A DNA stretch of 64,000 bases from Camelus ferus (Eukaryota): positions 29,762,001 through 29,826,000 of the forward strand of contig NC_045697.1 in NCBI RefSeq assembly GCF_009834535.1, given 5' to 3'. Below the pieces are notes generated by a model. The model searched no databases. It was not told the origin of the DNA and saw only the letters and a program-made list of their open reading frames with translations. Shown piece by piece: positions 26,721-38,536 of the stretch. Position 1 is the stretch's first letter; each line of letters opens with the position of its first letter. Made by a program: the position numbers and the translations under genes.

Positions 26721-29700
26721 CTGTTTCTAGTCTTTATGAAAATAAATTGCCTCATGTTTCATGGTAACATCTTGAGTCATTGGGCATGTGCAGTTCCACA
26801 TGGCACTATATCTAGAAGCTGAAAATTGAAAAGGTAAAATGTCTGGACTCGCCTGTTCAAAGGACTGAGAAGACAGTCATAGAAGAAGAAAGAGAGGGAT
26901 TAAAATGTACCCAAACTAAAGAAACAGAATCCCCAGTGACAGCTTGGTGTTGTTGAGGGGGAAGTAGAGGTCCCTGGTGAGCTTTGGCATCTCCAAGGGG
27001 CATAGTTGGCAAAGTGGTCAAGACTGAGTCTTGGGATTCAGTGCTGGTGGGCCATGTGCATCCTCCAGCCTGGTCCCACCCTAATTAGGACGTTAGGTAG
27101 CTTTTTCTACCTTTGTCTCAGACAGGAAAGCTCAGTGATTGCTTCTGACTGGGATACAGTTCTAGCTAGAGCTGAAAACTCCAAGAAGATGAATTCTATT
27201 CTGATACCTTCTGGACTTGCCAGGAATAACGCAAGAGTCTGATAATAAATTAGAATGAATCAAAATTCATTTATTTTGATAATCTTTATATCTATACAAG
27301 GCAGTCCTCTATTTTACTCTGCCTGTCCAAGTCAGGAATTTTAAACAGCCTTCCACAGTCATATGAAGTCCTTCTCTCTCTATCTTGCCAGCATCCAAAC
27401 ACTCTTTCCTTATGTTGAGAGTGCAGGGGAAATAGACACAGGCATGGGCTGTTGTCCCATAGCACCTTAAACAGTCCTCAGTTCTATCAAATGCAGTACA
27501 GATCCAGACAGAGAAGTCCAGCCAAAGCAGAAACCCGTAACAGTGCTGCTTACTTGGCTTTGCCTGTTCTGGTCCCTAGAATCTTGGCTGCCATGGTCAG
27601 GTAGGGTTCAATAGTTCAGTGCTATTGAATGTGCTTAGCTGTGAAGGAGATAATTAAATAATAAGTATTAGTAATCTCCCTCTAAATCACTTATTTACAT
27701 GTCTGTCTCCTGGCTAGACGAAGAACTTCTGGAGACAGAAGATTTGCTTTATTTATTGTTGTATCTCCAGTAATTATCTCAGGGTCTGGCACAGAATGGA
27801 AAATTGTAATTGTTGATAAAATTAATGATTGGGATAGACTCTGTCTCTTTGGGAAGTAACAAAATTTATAAGTCCAAATTTATAAGAGGAATGTAAACTA
27901 CTGCCTAGATAATAATCCATGCACTTTGATGTGTGTATATCTGAACCCTGCAAATTATGTTCCAGTGGTCTCACAGTCTTCAAATAAACACTTTCTACTT
28001 CTGCTTCTGTTGTTTGTTATTAAGAGCTGCTTCATATGACTTAACTAATCTTTTATTTTTCTGTCCTGCTCTCAAGTGTACAATTTGAAGAAAATGTTCA
28101 CATTTTGATAGCGTACTTTATTTGGTTGATGGTCAGTTTTCCCCCACATTAATAATTTATCAAATTTTATTTATTCATAGTTTGATTTCTCATCAGAGCA
28201 ACACATTTTGAACTCCTCTACCCGCTAGATTTCCACCTTTAACAAAACAGAGCATGAAGGTGGAGCACGTAGAAAAGTAAATACTAAATTTCAGCCTAAA
28301 AACACAACAGGAAACCTCAGATATTTTTGCCTGTGTGATTGCCACATGCAAAGGAAAGCCACCACAACGATCACCAGCTGGAAACATTAGTGTCCACTGG
28401 AAATCAGCACTAGTGACCTATTTTGGTAGAGACAAACTGTTGTGTTGTCTCATCCCCCAACATAGCGCTGGAGTCAGCATTTTGGGAGAAAACACTCATT
28501 TTCAGAGTAAGCTTGAACTTAACGTTTTATGAGCTTGTTTAATAGCAGCCTCATGGTGTTTGCTACAGTTCAATTTCTTCTAAAGGATCTCTGTCCTTGG
28601 GCCTTCATCTAAACTAAAACGGATGCTACAGTACTGAAAACATACAACATTCAGAACCAACAGAGAGTAAAAGGAATGGGGCTGATTTTCATGTGTGTCT
28701 CAAGGACAATGGCTAGTACTGACTGCCATCTTATTTGGGAATCTGCCTCACATGCTAGAATTCTTCAGAATGAAAAGTTCAGGTTTAGGTTAGCCTAAGG
28801 CAGAGGAAATATTTTGCCCTGACTTCGGGTTGCTGTGGAAATGGAACAGAAAAACCTCTCTTGCAAAGATCTAGGAAAGCCATGCTGACATCCTTTCAAA
28901 CATCACTTTTCACAGAGTAGGGTCTGGTATATATTAGAGAACTTCTGCCTTGTATTTCATAACCCCCTCATTTGAGGGTATGTTTTAAAGAAGCACCAAG
29001 ATGAAATACCCCATTGGGTAGTTTGGAATTCTTCTCAAGTACATCTCAATTCCAGGCTACTTTTTTGTCTTGGTTGCAGGCTTCAGCTGTTCTCCAGTGA
29101 TCTGTTGGAAATTGTGTTCGACTGTCGTTACATCTGGTTGGTACAGAAGATTTAGAAGAATGTTTATGACATGACCTATCAACACTTATATAAGTTTTCA
29201 TTGGCTGAAAGCGTCAGTGACTGACGTCTCAAACGCTCACTCCTGTGAGACCTGTGCCCTTCCTCACCAACGTGGCCACTGTGGGGGATGCCATTTTCTT
29301 ATATGACCCCGCCCCCTAATCCATGCTGAGCTGGGTCTTTTCCTTGAATTTGTTGTAATATGCAGAAAGCCAGTCTACAGTGACAGCCAACAGAGCCAAA
29401 ATGGAGAGAATAAGAAGAGAGACCAGGAGAGAAGGGAGCAAGAAGGGAGCACTGGCTGGTTTTAGAACCCTGGTTCCAGTCTTGGGCTCAGCCACATCCC
29501 TGCTGGGTTTAGTTGGTTTAGTTGTTCCAACTTTTCTTGAGTTCTGCAAACCAGTAAGTTCTGCTTTCTCTCCATGTTGCTTAGAGGAGTGTTTCTGTCA
29601 CTTGAAACCAAACAAATACAACATCAAGAACTTTTTATGGTCACCACTAGGCAAAGTTCTTTTTCCAGAACTTACTTGAATGATCTGTATCTCTAGACTC

Positions 29701-29995
29701 TATGTGGTCGCCAGAAGTAGTGTTATCTGAGTTGCTCTCTGCAGTAGAAATTGCTGGGGGAGACAAATGGGAGAACTAAGCCCTACGAAGATTTGCTTTT
29801 TCTTTAATCCAAGAAGTAGAAAAAGATGCTATTACAGACACATGATAGAATAACTTTTGGATACACTTTCTAACAATTATAATTAACTTTCATGTAATTC
29901 AAATAAAAAACATACACTAACACTTACTATGTGCTCAGCACTGCACATACAGAGATAAAAGGCCAATTCCTTCTGTGTAAGTTCATGGTCTAGGG

Positions 29996-30153
29996 CAGTA
30001 GTTCTCCAAGTGTGGTCTTTGAGCTGGTGGACTCGCACCACCTGGGAACTTGTTAGAAAGGCCAACGATCAGAAACCTTGAAGGTGGGCTCAGCAGTCTG
30101 TTTTAACAAGTCCTCCAGGTGATTCTGACGTAGCTAACATTTGAGAACAACTG
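29996..30153. mobile_element. MER5A hAT-Charlie MITE
   Basis: TIRs CAGTAGTTCTC...GAGAACAACTG; near-perfect 8-bp TSD GTCTAGG(G/A) at 29988-29995 and 30154-30161. Confidence 0.88.
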
Positions 30154-30936
30154 GTCTAGGAACTTATTTACATAGACCTGACTGTCCAATCTTCCTTCTC
30201 ACTAGTGGCACAAAGTGTGACGCACTAGGACTATAATGAATGCAAACCCATGCCTCACCCCTGATTTAAATGACTGAACATGGAAATCACTTTGAGCTTT
30301 CTGAACAATAAAACCAAGTGTAAAATCCCGAGAAAATCTCTCATCTCCTTGCCCCAGGGCCAAGAAGAGAGGAAGGCGTGTGCTCCGGGCCTGTCTGAAA
30401 TGGCTCCAGTTTATCATGGCAGATTAGACAACATATGGAAATAGCTGTGAATGGTTAGTTCCTGCCATCCTGGACCCCGTCTTGGCACCACCTCACTCAA
30501 ACCCAATCTACGAGCAGGGTCTGTGCCAGAGCCTCTGGGGGGAGGTGTCTGAAAAACATCAGTGATATCGGCCTGCAAACCACATCACAGGGCCCTTTAT
30601 CCTCTATTAAAACTCCATCCTCTGTTAAAATTTACCACTTGGTTCAAAAAGAAATAGAGGGATAAACTGAGAGCCAACTAAAATCAAAGTATTTAGACAA
30701 TGTAAGAATTCTTCCACCCTGAGAGCTTCTAATTGACTTTGGCTTTCTGAAGACTCTGTCTCCTAGCTGCCTGCTAATTTGTTTTTTGTGTTTTGTTGGT
30801 TTTTTGGTTTTTTTTTTTTTTATCATTTTGCTTCTTCAGTTCTTAACTTTTCTATTTCCCATTGCTCAACTAAATATTTGATGACTACCTACCACGTTTC
30901 AGACTCTGAACCGAGCACCACGAGGTTTCATGCCTG

Positions 30937-31653
30937 TGAAACCATGGGTAATCATTAGTCAAATCCACTTCACCTGCCTTCACTAATCAGGGTTGTTTTA
31001 ATTGTTGCTGCAAAAGACTTGCATGTCCTCCAAGCAGCAAGGAGCTTAAACAGTAAGCTTGCCCAAGTTGTTTTCCAGGAATTTGGAGTCAGCTGTGTAG
31101 TTCAAGCTGAGCCGGTGAAGACTAGGTAAGACCACTGGCCCTCCAACTAGGCGTGAGCGAGTGTCTGCTCGGTCACTTTTGGATGTCAGAGGGCAGAAAC
31201 TCCATCCTCAGATCGTGCTAAGTGCCTCCATTTTTGAATATGCAGAGGCCTGTGCAGAAAGACAATTACTGCACTTTTTTCCAATCACCTTTTCCCATGC
31301 TCCCCCTTGCCTCGGACAGCCTTACTTCTTTACTCTTTATGCTATAAATACTCCCAGCCCGTTGCCATCTGGGAGATGGGTCTGAGACTTGCTCTCTCTG
31401 CTCCTCACTTGGCTGCCTTGTAAATAAACCCTCCCTTTGCCGCAAATCTTGGCTTCTCAGCATTTTGTCCTGCTGCGCGTTGGGCAAAATGAACCTTTTT
31501 TTTTTTTTTGAAATTGAAGCAGAGTTGATTTATAATGTTGTTTTAGTTTTTGGTGTACAGCATAGTGATTCAGTCACACATCTATTTTCTTTTTCATATT
31601 CTTTTTTGTTATAGGTTATTACAAGCTATTGAATGTAGTTTCCTTTTGTAACA
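30937..31653 (+). mobile_element. ERV1 solo LTR, MER41-like, interrupted near its 3' end by a short antisense L1 tail (about 31496-31643)
   Basis: TG...CA termini with 4-bp TSD CCTG (30933-30936, 31654-31657); CCAAT 31281, TATAAATA 31343, AATAAA 31423. The family call is from recalled similarity only. Confidence 0.8.
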
Positions 31654-31999
31654 CCTGCTCTCAAGAAGCATGTAGTTGGCAATACTCCATAGTCAGTCAG
31701 CCGCCGTTGTCAGGCATTGAGCTAGGTTCTGGGGGTTCACAAAGGAATACAGCATGGCCCCCGCAAGGAAGGAGTTTGTCGTCAGTAGGAGGAGACGGGG
31801 ACAAGCCTAACGTGATAAGAGCTGTAGTGGCGGTTAAGAAGGCACACAGAGACAAGAGCGGTTGACTCTGCGAAGGAGCTGAGGAGGGTTGGGAGGAGAA
31901 GTCGCTCCTGGACTTGGGTTGGCTGTGTGATGGACAGGGGACAGCATGTGACAATATGGTGTGACCAGAGAAAGGGGGAACACTTGTCGGCAGCCTTAA

Positions 32000-32470
32000 G
32001 TGAGTAGGGCGTGGGACCCAGGTCCAAGGTCACAACAACTCGCTTGTGTACGAGGTAAGAGGTAAACGTACGCGCGCACCAGTTATGTAAGCCTTACGCA
32101 CAAAGAAAGTAAAGGTACGCATGCGCTAGTAGCATTCTGTAAGTAGTACGAACAAAGAAATGAACAATGCTCATGTGCGGGCAGAGTAGATGAAAGCAGG
32201 ACAAGTGCGCCACGCGGGCACGCGCCATCTTGTTGAACCAGAATATAGTGCTGTTGTGCTCCATGCCGGCTCCTCGCGCAGTTTGTTTCGCGGGATGGTG
32301 GCTCCTTGCACATTTTTCTGGTTGGGCCGCTCACCTCCTGGAATCCCTCTTCAGCCCCCCTTGGCTGACAGCGCTCATGGTGGCTGGAGCGTAGGTTTCA
32401 CGACTGAAGACTGGGATGGAGCGGTAAGCAAGGGCTAGGTTGTGGGGGGCTAGGTTGTGGGGGGCTGCCT
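32000..32470. promoter_or_regulatory. Orphan CpG-rich promoter-like element
   Basis: About 22 CpG in 32040-32330 amid CpG-depleted DNA; NRF1-, YY1-, E2F-, SOX- and NR5A-like motifs; not recognisable as a repeat. Confidence 0.5.
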
Positions 32471-32629
32471 GTGCCACATGCCAGGCTCAGAGGCCGACAC
32501 CTGATTCTCTAAAGAGAAGCTCATCAGGGTTTTCTCAAGTAGGGAAGAGGTATGGTCAGTTACAGGCTCTGGAAAGAACGGGGAAGCAGTGTGGAGGATG
32601 GATTTGAAGGGATAAAAGCAAGAAGTGAG

Positions 32630-33052
32630 TGTTTTAGTTGTCAACCTGTATAACAGATGACCCCAAACTGAGTGAATGAGAACAACGATGATCTGTTTCT
32701 CATAATTTTGTGAATCAGTTGGGTGTCTCCTCTGCTGGTCCCACCTGGGCTCACTGATGTGATGACATTCAGCGGGTAGGTCAGCAGAGGGCTGGACGGG
32801 CCTCTTTATCCTTATGGTCTCAAGGCTCTTCTCTTTCATCACGAGTGGTTGGTCATTATTTGGCGTCCAGGCCGCATTTTCTTATGTAGTGGTGAGAGCA
32901 TTCCAAGAAGGCAAAAGCTGAAGCTTCAAGTCCTCAGGCCTACCTTGGAGGTTGCACAGGGTCATTTCTACTGCAGTTACTGTTCAAAGCCATGTGGGAG
33001 GAGATGACAGAGGACGTGACTACAGGGAAGCATGGTTTATTGGGCGCCACAC
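32630..33052 (-). mobile_element. MLT1-type MaLR LTR
   Basis: tataacagatgaccccaaactgagtg...tttctcataattttgtgaatcag...cctgggctcactgatgtg...gcattccaagaagg. Confidence 0.7.
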
Positions 33053-33224
33053 AACCAGAAGGTCATTTTTAGAGAATAGAAAATGAGGGGCTGAACTGAG
33101 TTAGCAGTAGTGCGAGTGGAGGGGAGCAGGTATTCAGCAGATGTAAGAATCAGTCATAAAATAGGAGGTTGTATTAAAGCCCAGATGAGAGTTCTAGGCA
33201 GTGTTAGTGAGGAGCAGGTCACAG

Positions 33225-33629
33225 GTGTGCTGGATGCTGTTGGTACTCCCTCCCCCAGCTTTTGCATCTGCCAATCCCCTACCCACTAGCGGCTGTGAGT
33301 GCTGGCTGATAACCACCAACAGCTGTTCCTTTCTCTGGAAAATTGCTCTTGGCTGAACAGGAGCTGTCTTCCAGAGAGGGGATTACCCCACCCCTATGAC
33401 GGAATGGCACAAGGTGCAAAAGTCCATCCCTTGCCTGCAGGTGGGATTGACTCAGTGGTACAGTTTGTGCTCCAGAACTTTCCTGTGGCATCAGATTCCA
33501 GCTAATCCCAAGTGAGATGATGTCTTTCCTTAGCTGTCCCCCACCAGCCCCCAATCCTATGCTGCTTCCCTCAGTCCACCTCTCCTGACAGCATTCCCTG
33601 GATCTGCTTCTAGGAAACCCCACATAAGA
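33225..33629 (+). mobile_element. LTR16-like ERVL solo LTR
   Basis: ccttgcctgcaggtgggattgactcagtggtacagtttgtgctccagaac...tctgcttctaggaaacccc. Confidence 0.7.
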
Positions 33630-34049
33630 AGCAAGGAGAAAATGCTCATATAGGCACTGGAATTTCTGATGGGCTTTGCTCCTCTGTGCTTTCTTACTTA
33701 TGCCGTTTTCTCCATCCAGTTTCAGTTCATTGTTTCTCTCTCTACTTTCTGTCTTTTCCCATATAAGTTAGTTTCCCTTCTTCTTATAATTTTTTTCTTT
33801 TCTTTTCTTTCTTTTTTTTTTTGCACAACTGGGCAGATTTATTTAAGACTGCTTAAATGATTCTTTCTGTGAGCCTGACTAGGTCTATCTGCAAAAGATA
33901 TGGCCTTTACAGAAGTAAAGCCAACAAGATAGGTTTAACCTAAGAAAATAATGACCTCAATCTTATAAAGTAATGGTTGCCCTGTGGACAAAGAACAGGG
34001 ACTATGAGTTTAAAGACATAGCACAGTAGATATCTGTTCATTTTCTTTT

Positions 34050-34580
34050 CAGCATTCACTCAACCTCTGGCAAATAGCCTGGTTCCTCCCCTAGGGACCA
34101 AACTTTCCTCACCCCTCCTTGACCCATGTTCTTCAGGTGGGGCTGCATTTCCAATTCAGAGGAGAGCATGGAGCCTAGATATGAACTAATCAGAACATGA
34201 TATTACCCTGGAGTCAATGATGGGCTCATAGGTATTCAGCTCAAGCCAGGCCAATCAGAGACAATCAGACTCAACTTATGGCTTTTCCTTGAGTTCTCAG
34301 AGAAGGAGGTTCCTAATTTTTTTCCTGTGGGTGTGAATCAGGAAGTATGGGACTCCAGGAGCTCCCATCGTTTGGCAGTAAGGGGACTCCCAAAGCCGAA
34401 GGGAGTCAAACACAGAGGAAACAGAGCTTATAAATAGACAAATGGGTCCTGATCTAATGACACGAGCTCCTAGCTGTGCCCGGACTCTGCAGACTGCAGG
34501 CTCACGTGAGCCACTAAATTGTTTTTTTAAAGCTGGTTTGAGTTGGGTCCTGCTGTTTGTAACCAGAAGAGACTAAATCT
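34050..34580 (+). mobile_element. Old MLT1-type MaLR LTR
   Basis: ccaggccaatcagag...aagctggtttgagttgggtcctgctgtttgtaaccagaaga (MLT1 3' end). Confidence 0.6.
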
Positions 34581-35439
34581 CCAGTTAAAACACGTGGGAT
34601 ATTTTTTGTTAATGAACCACTTGGTTTATTATACTCAAATGTCCACTTTTCTGTTTGTCAAACATGTGCAGGGTATATGAAGAGTTTATGTGGACTTTTA
34701 TGCAAGGCTGCAGCTTCTTAACTGGAGTATAAATAAAGAGAAGGCAGTGTTGGCTGAAATGGAAGAAGACTGGCTGGAAGGCAAGGAAAACGCATGGATG
34801 CTTACCCCCATCTTGCCGCAAAATCACCCTAAGACTGCTGGCCCAGGGTCCGTCTTGTCACTTGGCCACTCAGGTCAAAAGCCCATCGGTGCTTCTGCTC
34901 TCCTTGCTCTCTCGTTTCTATTGAGTCTTTGGGTGTTTCCCCGGCTCCTTTCTTTTAAGTCTCTCATCAGGGGATGGAGCTACAAATTTGAGGCATTCAT
35001 GCAAACAGTTAAAGCCCTTTGCAAATACAAAACTCCTGGTTTTCATGTCCCTGCCTTGTTTCAGTTATTTAACCTCAAAGTGCTCCCCAAATCTTACTGT
35101 GCTATAGCCATGCACACAGACTGCTTCCCGAGTACCTGTGAATGCTTCCGCGAGCGACCATCAGTTCACATATGTTAATGACTTTAGTTCTCAGAGGAAC
35201 ATTGCAGTATAAGGATTTCTGTATCCATCTTATAGGTGAGACTATGTAGAGTAATTTGCTCCCCCAAAAAGCTAAAAACTGGTAGGTGAGAGGATTCAGA
35301 GTGGGTTTTGACTCCATATACCTTGTTCTTTCTATTCCCCTCCAGGGACTACAAGGCTTTCTACAATTGCAGGCACTTTTGCACACCCTTTCCCAGCCCT
35401 TAAACCTCTTTGAAGGCTCTCCTTGGGAACAAAGCTGCA

Positions 35440-35795
35440 CACTCATTCATTCAGTAATTTAAGAAAAAAATTACTGAGTGCCTATCAGGTGCCAAGCATA
35501 GTTCTAAATGCAGAGAATACAAAAGGAAATGAGAGAGAAAACTTCCCTGGTCCTCAGAGAGCTTACATCTCTGAGGGACACACAATAAATGTGCCAACAG
35601 GTACCTGTCATGTCAGGTGGCAGTAAGTCCTATGAAGAAAAAAATGAAGCAGGGAAAGGGTCTAATAGTGATGGGGGCTGTTTTAGATGGAGTGGTCAAG
35701 GAAGACATCTTTGAGGAAGGACATTTGAAAAGAGGCCCAAATGGAGTGTCAGAGTGAGGTATGCAGTTTTCTGGAAGAGAAGAGTTCCGCGCAGA
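35440..35795. mobile_element. L2 3' end fragment
   Basis: cattcattcag...ttactgagtgcctatcaggtgccaagcatagttctaaatgc...gtggtcaaggaagacatctttgagga. Confidence 0.75.
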
Positions 35796-35999
35796 AACTT
35801 TTTTTCACCACCACGGAATATCATCAGCTGTAACTTTTATCTGCCCAACCATCCTTCTGCCAGATAGACTCCTCGAGTGTAGGCAAGCCCTGCAGAAGAG
35901 GAACAGAAACTCCAGAGGTGATAGGAGTTCCTGAGAATCAAGAGGGAGCTAAGCAGATGCTGACCACGACAGGGATCCACTCTCTAAAAATGCTGGCCA

Positions 36000-37315
36000 C
36001 CTAAACGCCATGTGGTTATTTGAATTGGCTCCTGGGATAGAGAAGTGACAGTGGGATAACTGGGGGGAATCTGAATAGTCTGCAGTTGACATTAATGTTG
36101 ACTAACGTTAATTTTCTTAGTTCTGACCAAGGTATTGTGATGTTAATAACATAAGGCAAATCTGGGTGTTGGGGATATGGGAGCTCTGTACTATCTTTGT
36201 AACTCTTTTATAAGCCTAATTATTTCAAAATAGAAACTAAACAAAAACTAACAAAAAATGCTAGCCTTTGTATACCAGAGACTACACAACATTACTGAGA
36301 TAAAATAACAAGACTGAAATAAATGGAGAAATATGTCATGTTTGTGAATTGATGGACTTCATATTTTTAAAATGTTCATTTTCCCCCAAATGATCTATAG
36401 GTTTGATGTAATTCCTCAAAGTCTCTGCAGATTTTGTATAGGGGAAACTGATAATTCTAATTTATATGAAAGTGCAAAAGACCAAGCCAGCCAAGGCTTG
36501 GTCTAGATATTAAGACTTAATTAAGACAGTGATGATGCAAGGATGGACAAAGAGACTGGAACAGAACAGACAGTTCATAAACAGACCATATAAAGTCACT
36601 AGGCTTATGCCAAAGGGACAATAAAGTACAAGGAAAAGAATGGTCTTTAATAAATAGTGCTGAATCGATTGGATAACTGCAGAGGAGAAAATGAACTATG
36701 ACCGCCTTCCAACATGATATGCAAAAATCAACTCCATATGTACTGTAGGAAAACAAAGCTTCTAAAAGAAAAAAAGGAAAATATTTTCATGGCCTTGGTG
36801 TCGACAATAATTTCTCAAACAAGATGCAAAAAGCATGAACCACAGATTATGTGATAAACTGGACTACTTAAAACTAAGAACTTCCTTCATTAGAAGACCT
36901 CATTAAGAGAATGAAAAAACCTGTAACATGAGAGAAGATATTCTGTATTTCATATCTGACAAAGGATTGGTATCCAGAACATATAACTAACTCTGACAAA
37001 TCTATAAGACAATTCTATAGATACTTTCGAGACACAAAGCAACGTGGATGAATCTCACCAACAGATGAGCTCAAGAAGAGAAACACAAAGAAGTGTATAT
37101 TGTATGTATGACTTCATTCATATAAAGTTCAAAGGCAGGCAAAACTATTCCGTGTGCTATGCTGGTTACTTTTAGGCGGTTATGTAATTGGAAAGGGGTG
37201 TGAAGAGGCTTCTGCGGTCCTGGTAATATTTTCTGATCTGGGTGCTGTATAAAGGGATGTATTCTTTTAGGATTTGTATATTTTCTACATATATACTTCA
37301 ATAAAAGTTTATTGC
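36000..37315 (+). mobile_element. Cluster of old L1 fragments (L1MC/ME 3' ends and decayed ORF2)
   Basis: gagctctgtactatctttgtaactc; aaataaatggagaaatatgtcatgtttgtgaattg; ends with cttcaataaaagttt. Confidence 0.7.
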
Positions 37316-37394
37316 AATGCTATGTGACTTGGAAAGAAAAGTCTAAGTTGGGATCACATGAAAAGTTTTCCAGTGAGCTGTTGAACTCACTATT

Positions 37395-37950
37395 ATATTA
37401 TCTATTGCTGTATAACAATTATTCCAAAATTTAGTAACTTAAAACTACAAACATTATCTCAGATGGTTTCTAAGGGTCAAGAATCTGAGAAGGGGTTAGC
37501 TGGGTAGTTCGCACTCAGAGTCTCTAATGAAGTTGTAGTCAAACTGTTGGCCGGGGCTGTAGTCATCTGAAAGATTGACTAGGGCTGGAGGGTCCACTTC
37601 CCTACTCATTCATCTCGTTGGCAGGCCTCAGTTCCTTGTCAGCTGTTGGCTGGGTTCTCAGTTCCCCATAATGTGGTTCCCTCTCCTGCCTGTGTGTCTT
37701 AACAATGTGGCATCTAACTTCCCCCAAAGAGAGAGAGAGAAAGCAAGTGCTGAGGGAGAGAGTCTAAGATTAAAGCCACAGTGTTTTTATTTTTTTTCAG
37801 TAACCTAATTGTAGAAGTGACAGACCATCACTGCTGCTGTGCTACTGGCCACACAGATCAACCCTAGCACAGTGAAATGAGACTACCCAAAGGCATGACT
37901 ACCAGGAGGCAGGGGTCCTTGGGGCTCATCTTGGTGACTGGCAACCACAC
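37395..37950 (-). mobile_element. MLT1F-like MaLR LTR
   Basis: tctattgctgtataacaattattccaaaatttag...gactagggctggagggtccacttcc...accaggaggcaggggtccttggggctcatcttgg...accaca. Confidence 0.8.
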
Positions 37951-38343
37951 CCATCTTTCTCACCACCCCTTACTAGAATATTTGTAGAAATCCTAAGATT
38001 CTCAAACTTCCTATTTCTCCTGTTACAATTTCATCAATATGCACAGAAATCTACAGCTGCTTTCAAACTGGTGACCTCATTGGAAGAACTTGCTGACAGG
38101 GGTGAGGAGAAACCTGGGAAGGGGGACAGATTCTCCCGTTGCTATCTCAAGGGACATTTGAACTGTGAAGAATGCCTTTCACGCCTGTGATTTCAGAAAT
38201 TCTAGCAGCCTTCCTCACCCCTATAACCTCAACATAACTTCTTTTGATCACCGATGCCTGAAATACCACCGGTAGAAACCTACACCATTAGCAAGAGATG
38301 TTGTTTTCTGGCCAAACACAGGTACATTACCAGAACACTATGG

Positions 38344-38536
38344 CAGTATTCTCAATCTTGGCTGCTCATAATAATAATCTCTTGAGAAGCTGTTAAAAGT
38401 CCACCTAGATCCACTGATTCAGATCTTCGAGAGGTAGGCTCCCAGATCCCTATTTTGGGAAAGCTTCCCAGGAGATTCTGGGAGAGTTAGCCGAGCATCT
38501 CACAATGGATCCTACAGCGGTGCTTGGAAACCACTG
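38344..38536. mobile_element. MER5-like hAT MITE
   Basis: cagtattctcaatcttggctgc...aagcttcccaggagattctg...ttggaaaccactg. Confidence 0.65.

Noticed and set aside
32055..32180. CRISPR-like repeat-spacer interpretation of the 52-bp periodicity
   Set aside because: Only two degenerate units, no identical repeats or unique spacers, mammalian context and no cas genes
34690..35178. 162-aa ORF in apparently unique sequence
   Set aside because: Starts at GTG, has no recognisable domain or convincing splice structure, and its length is compatible with chance in 64 kb
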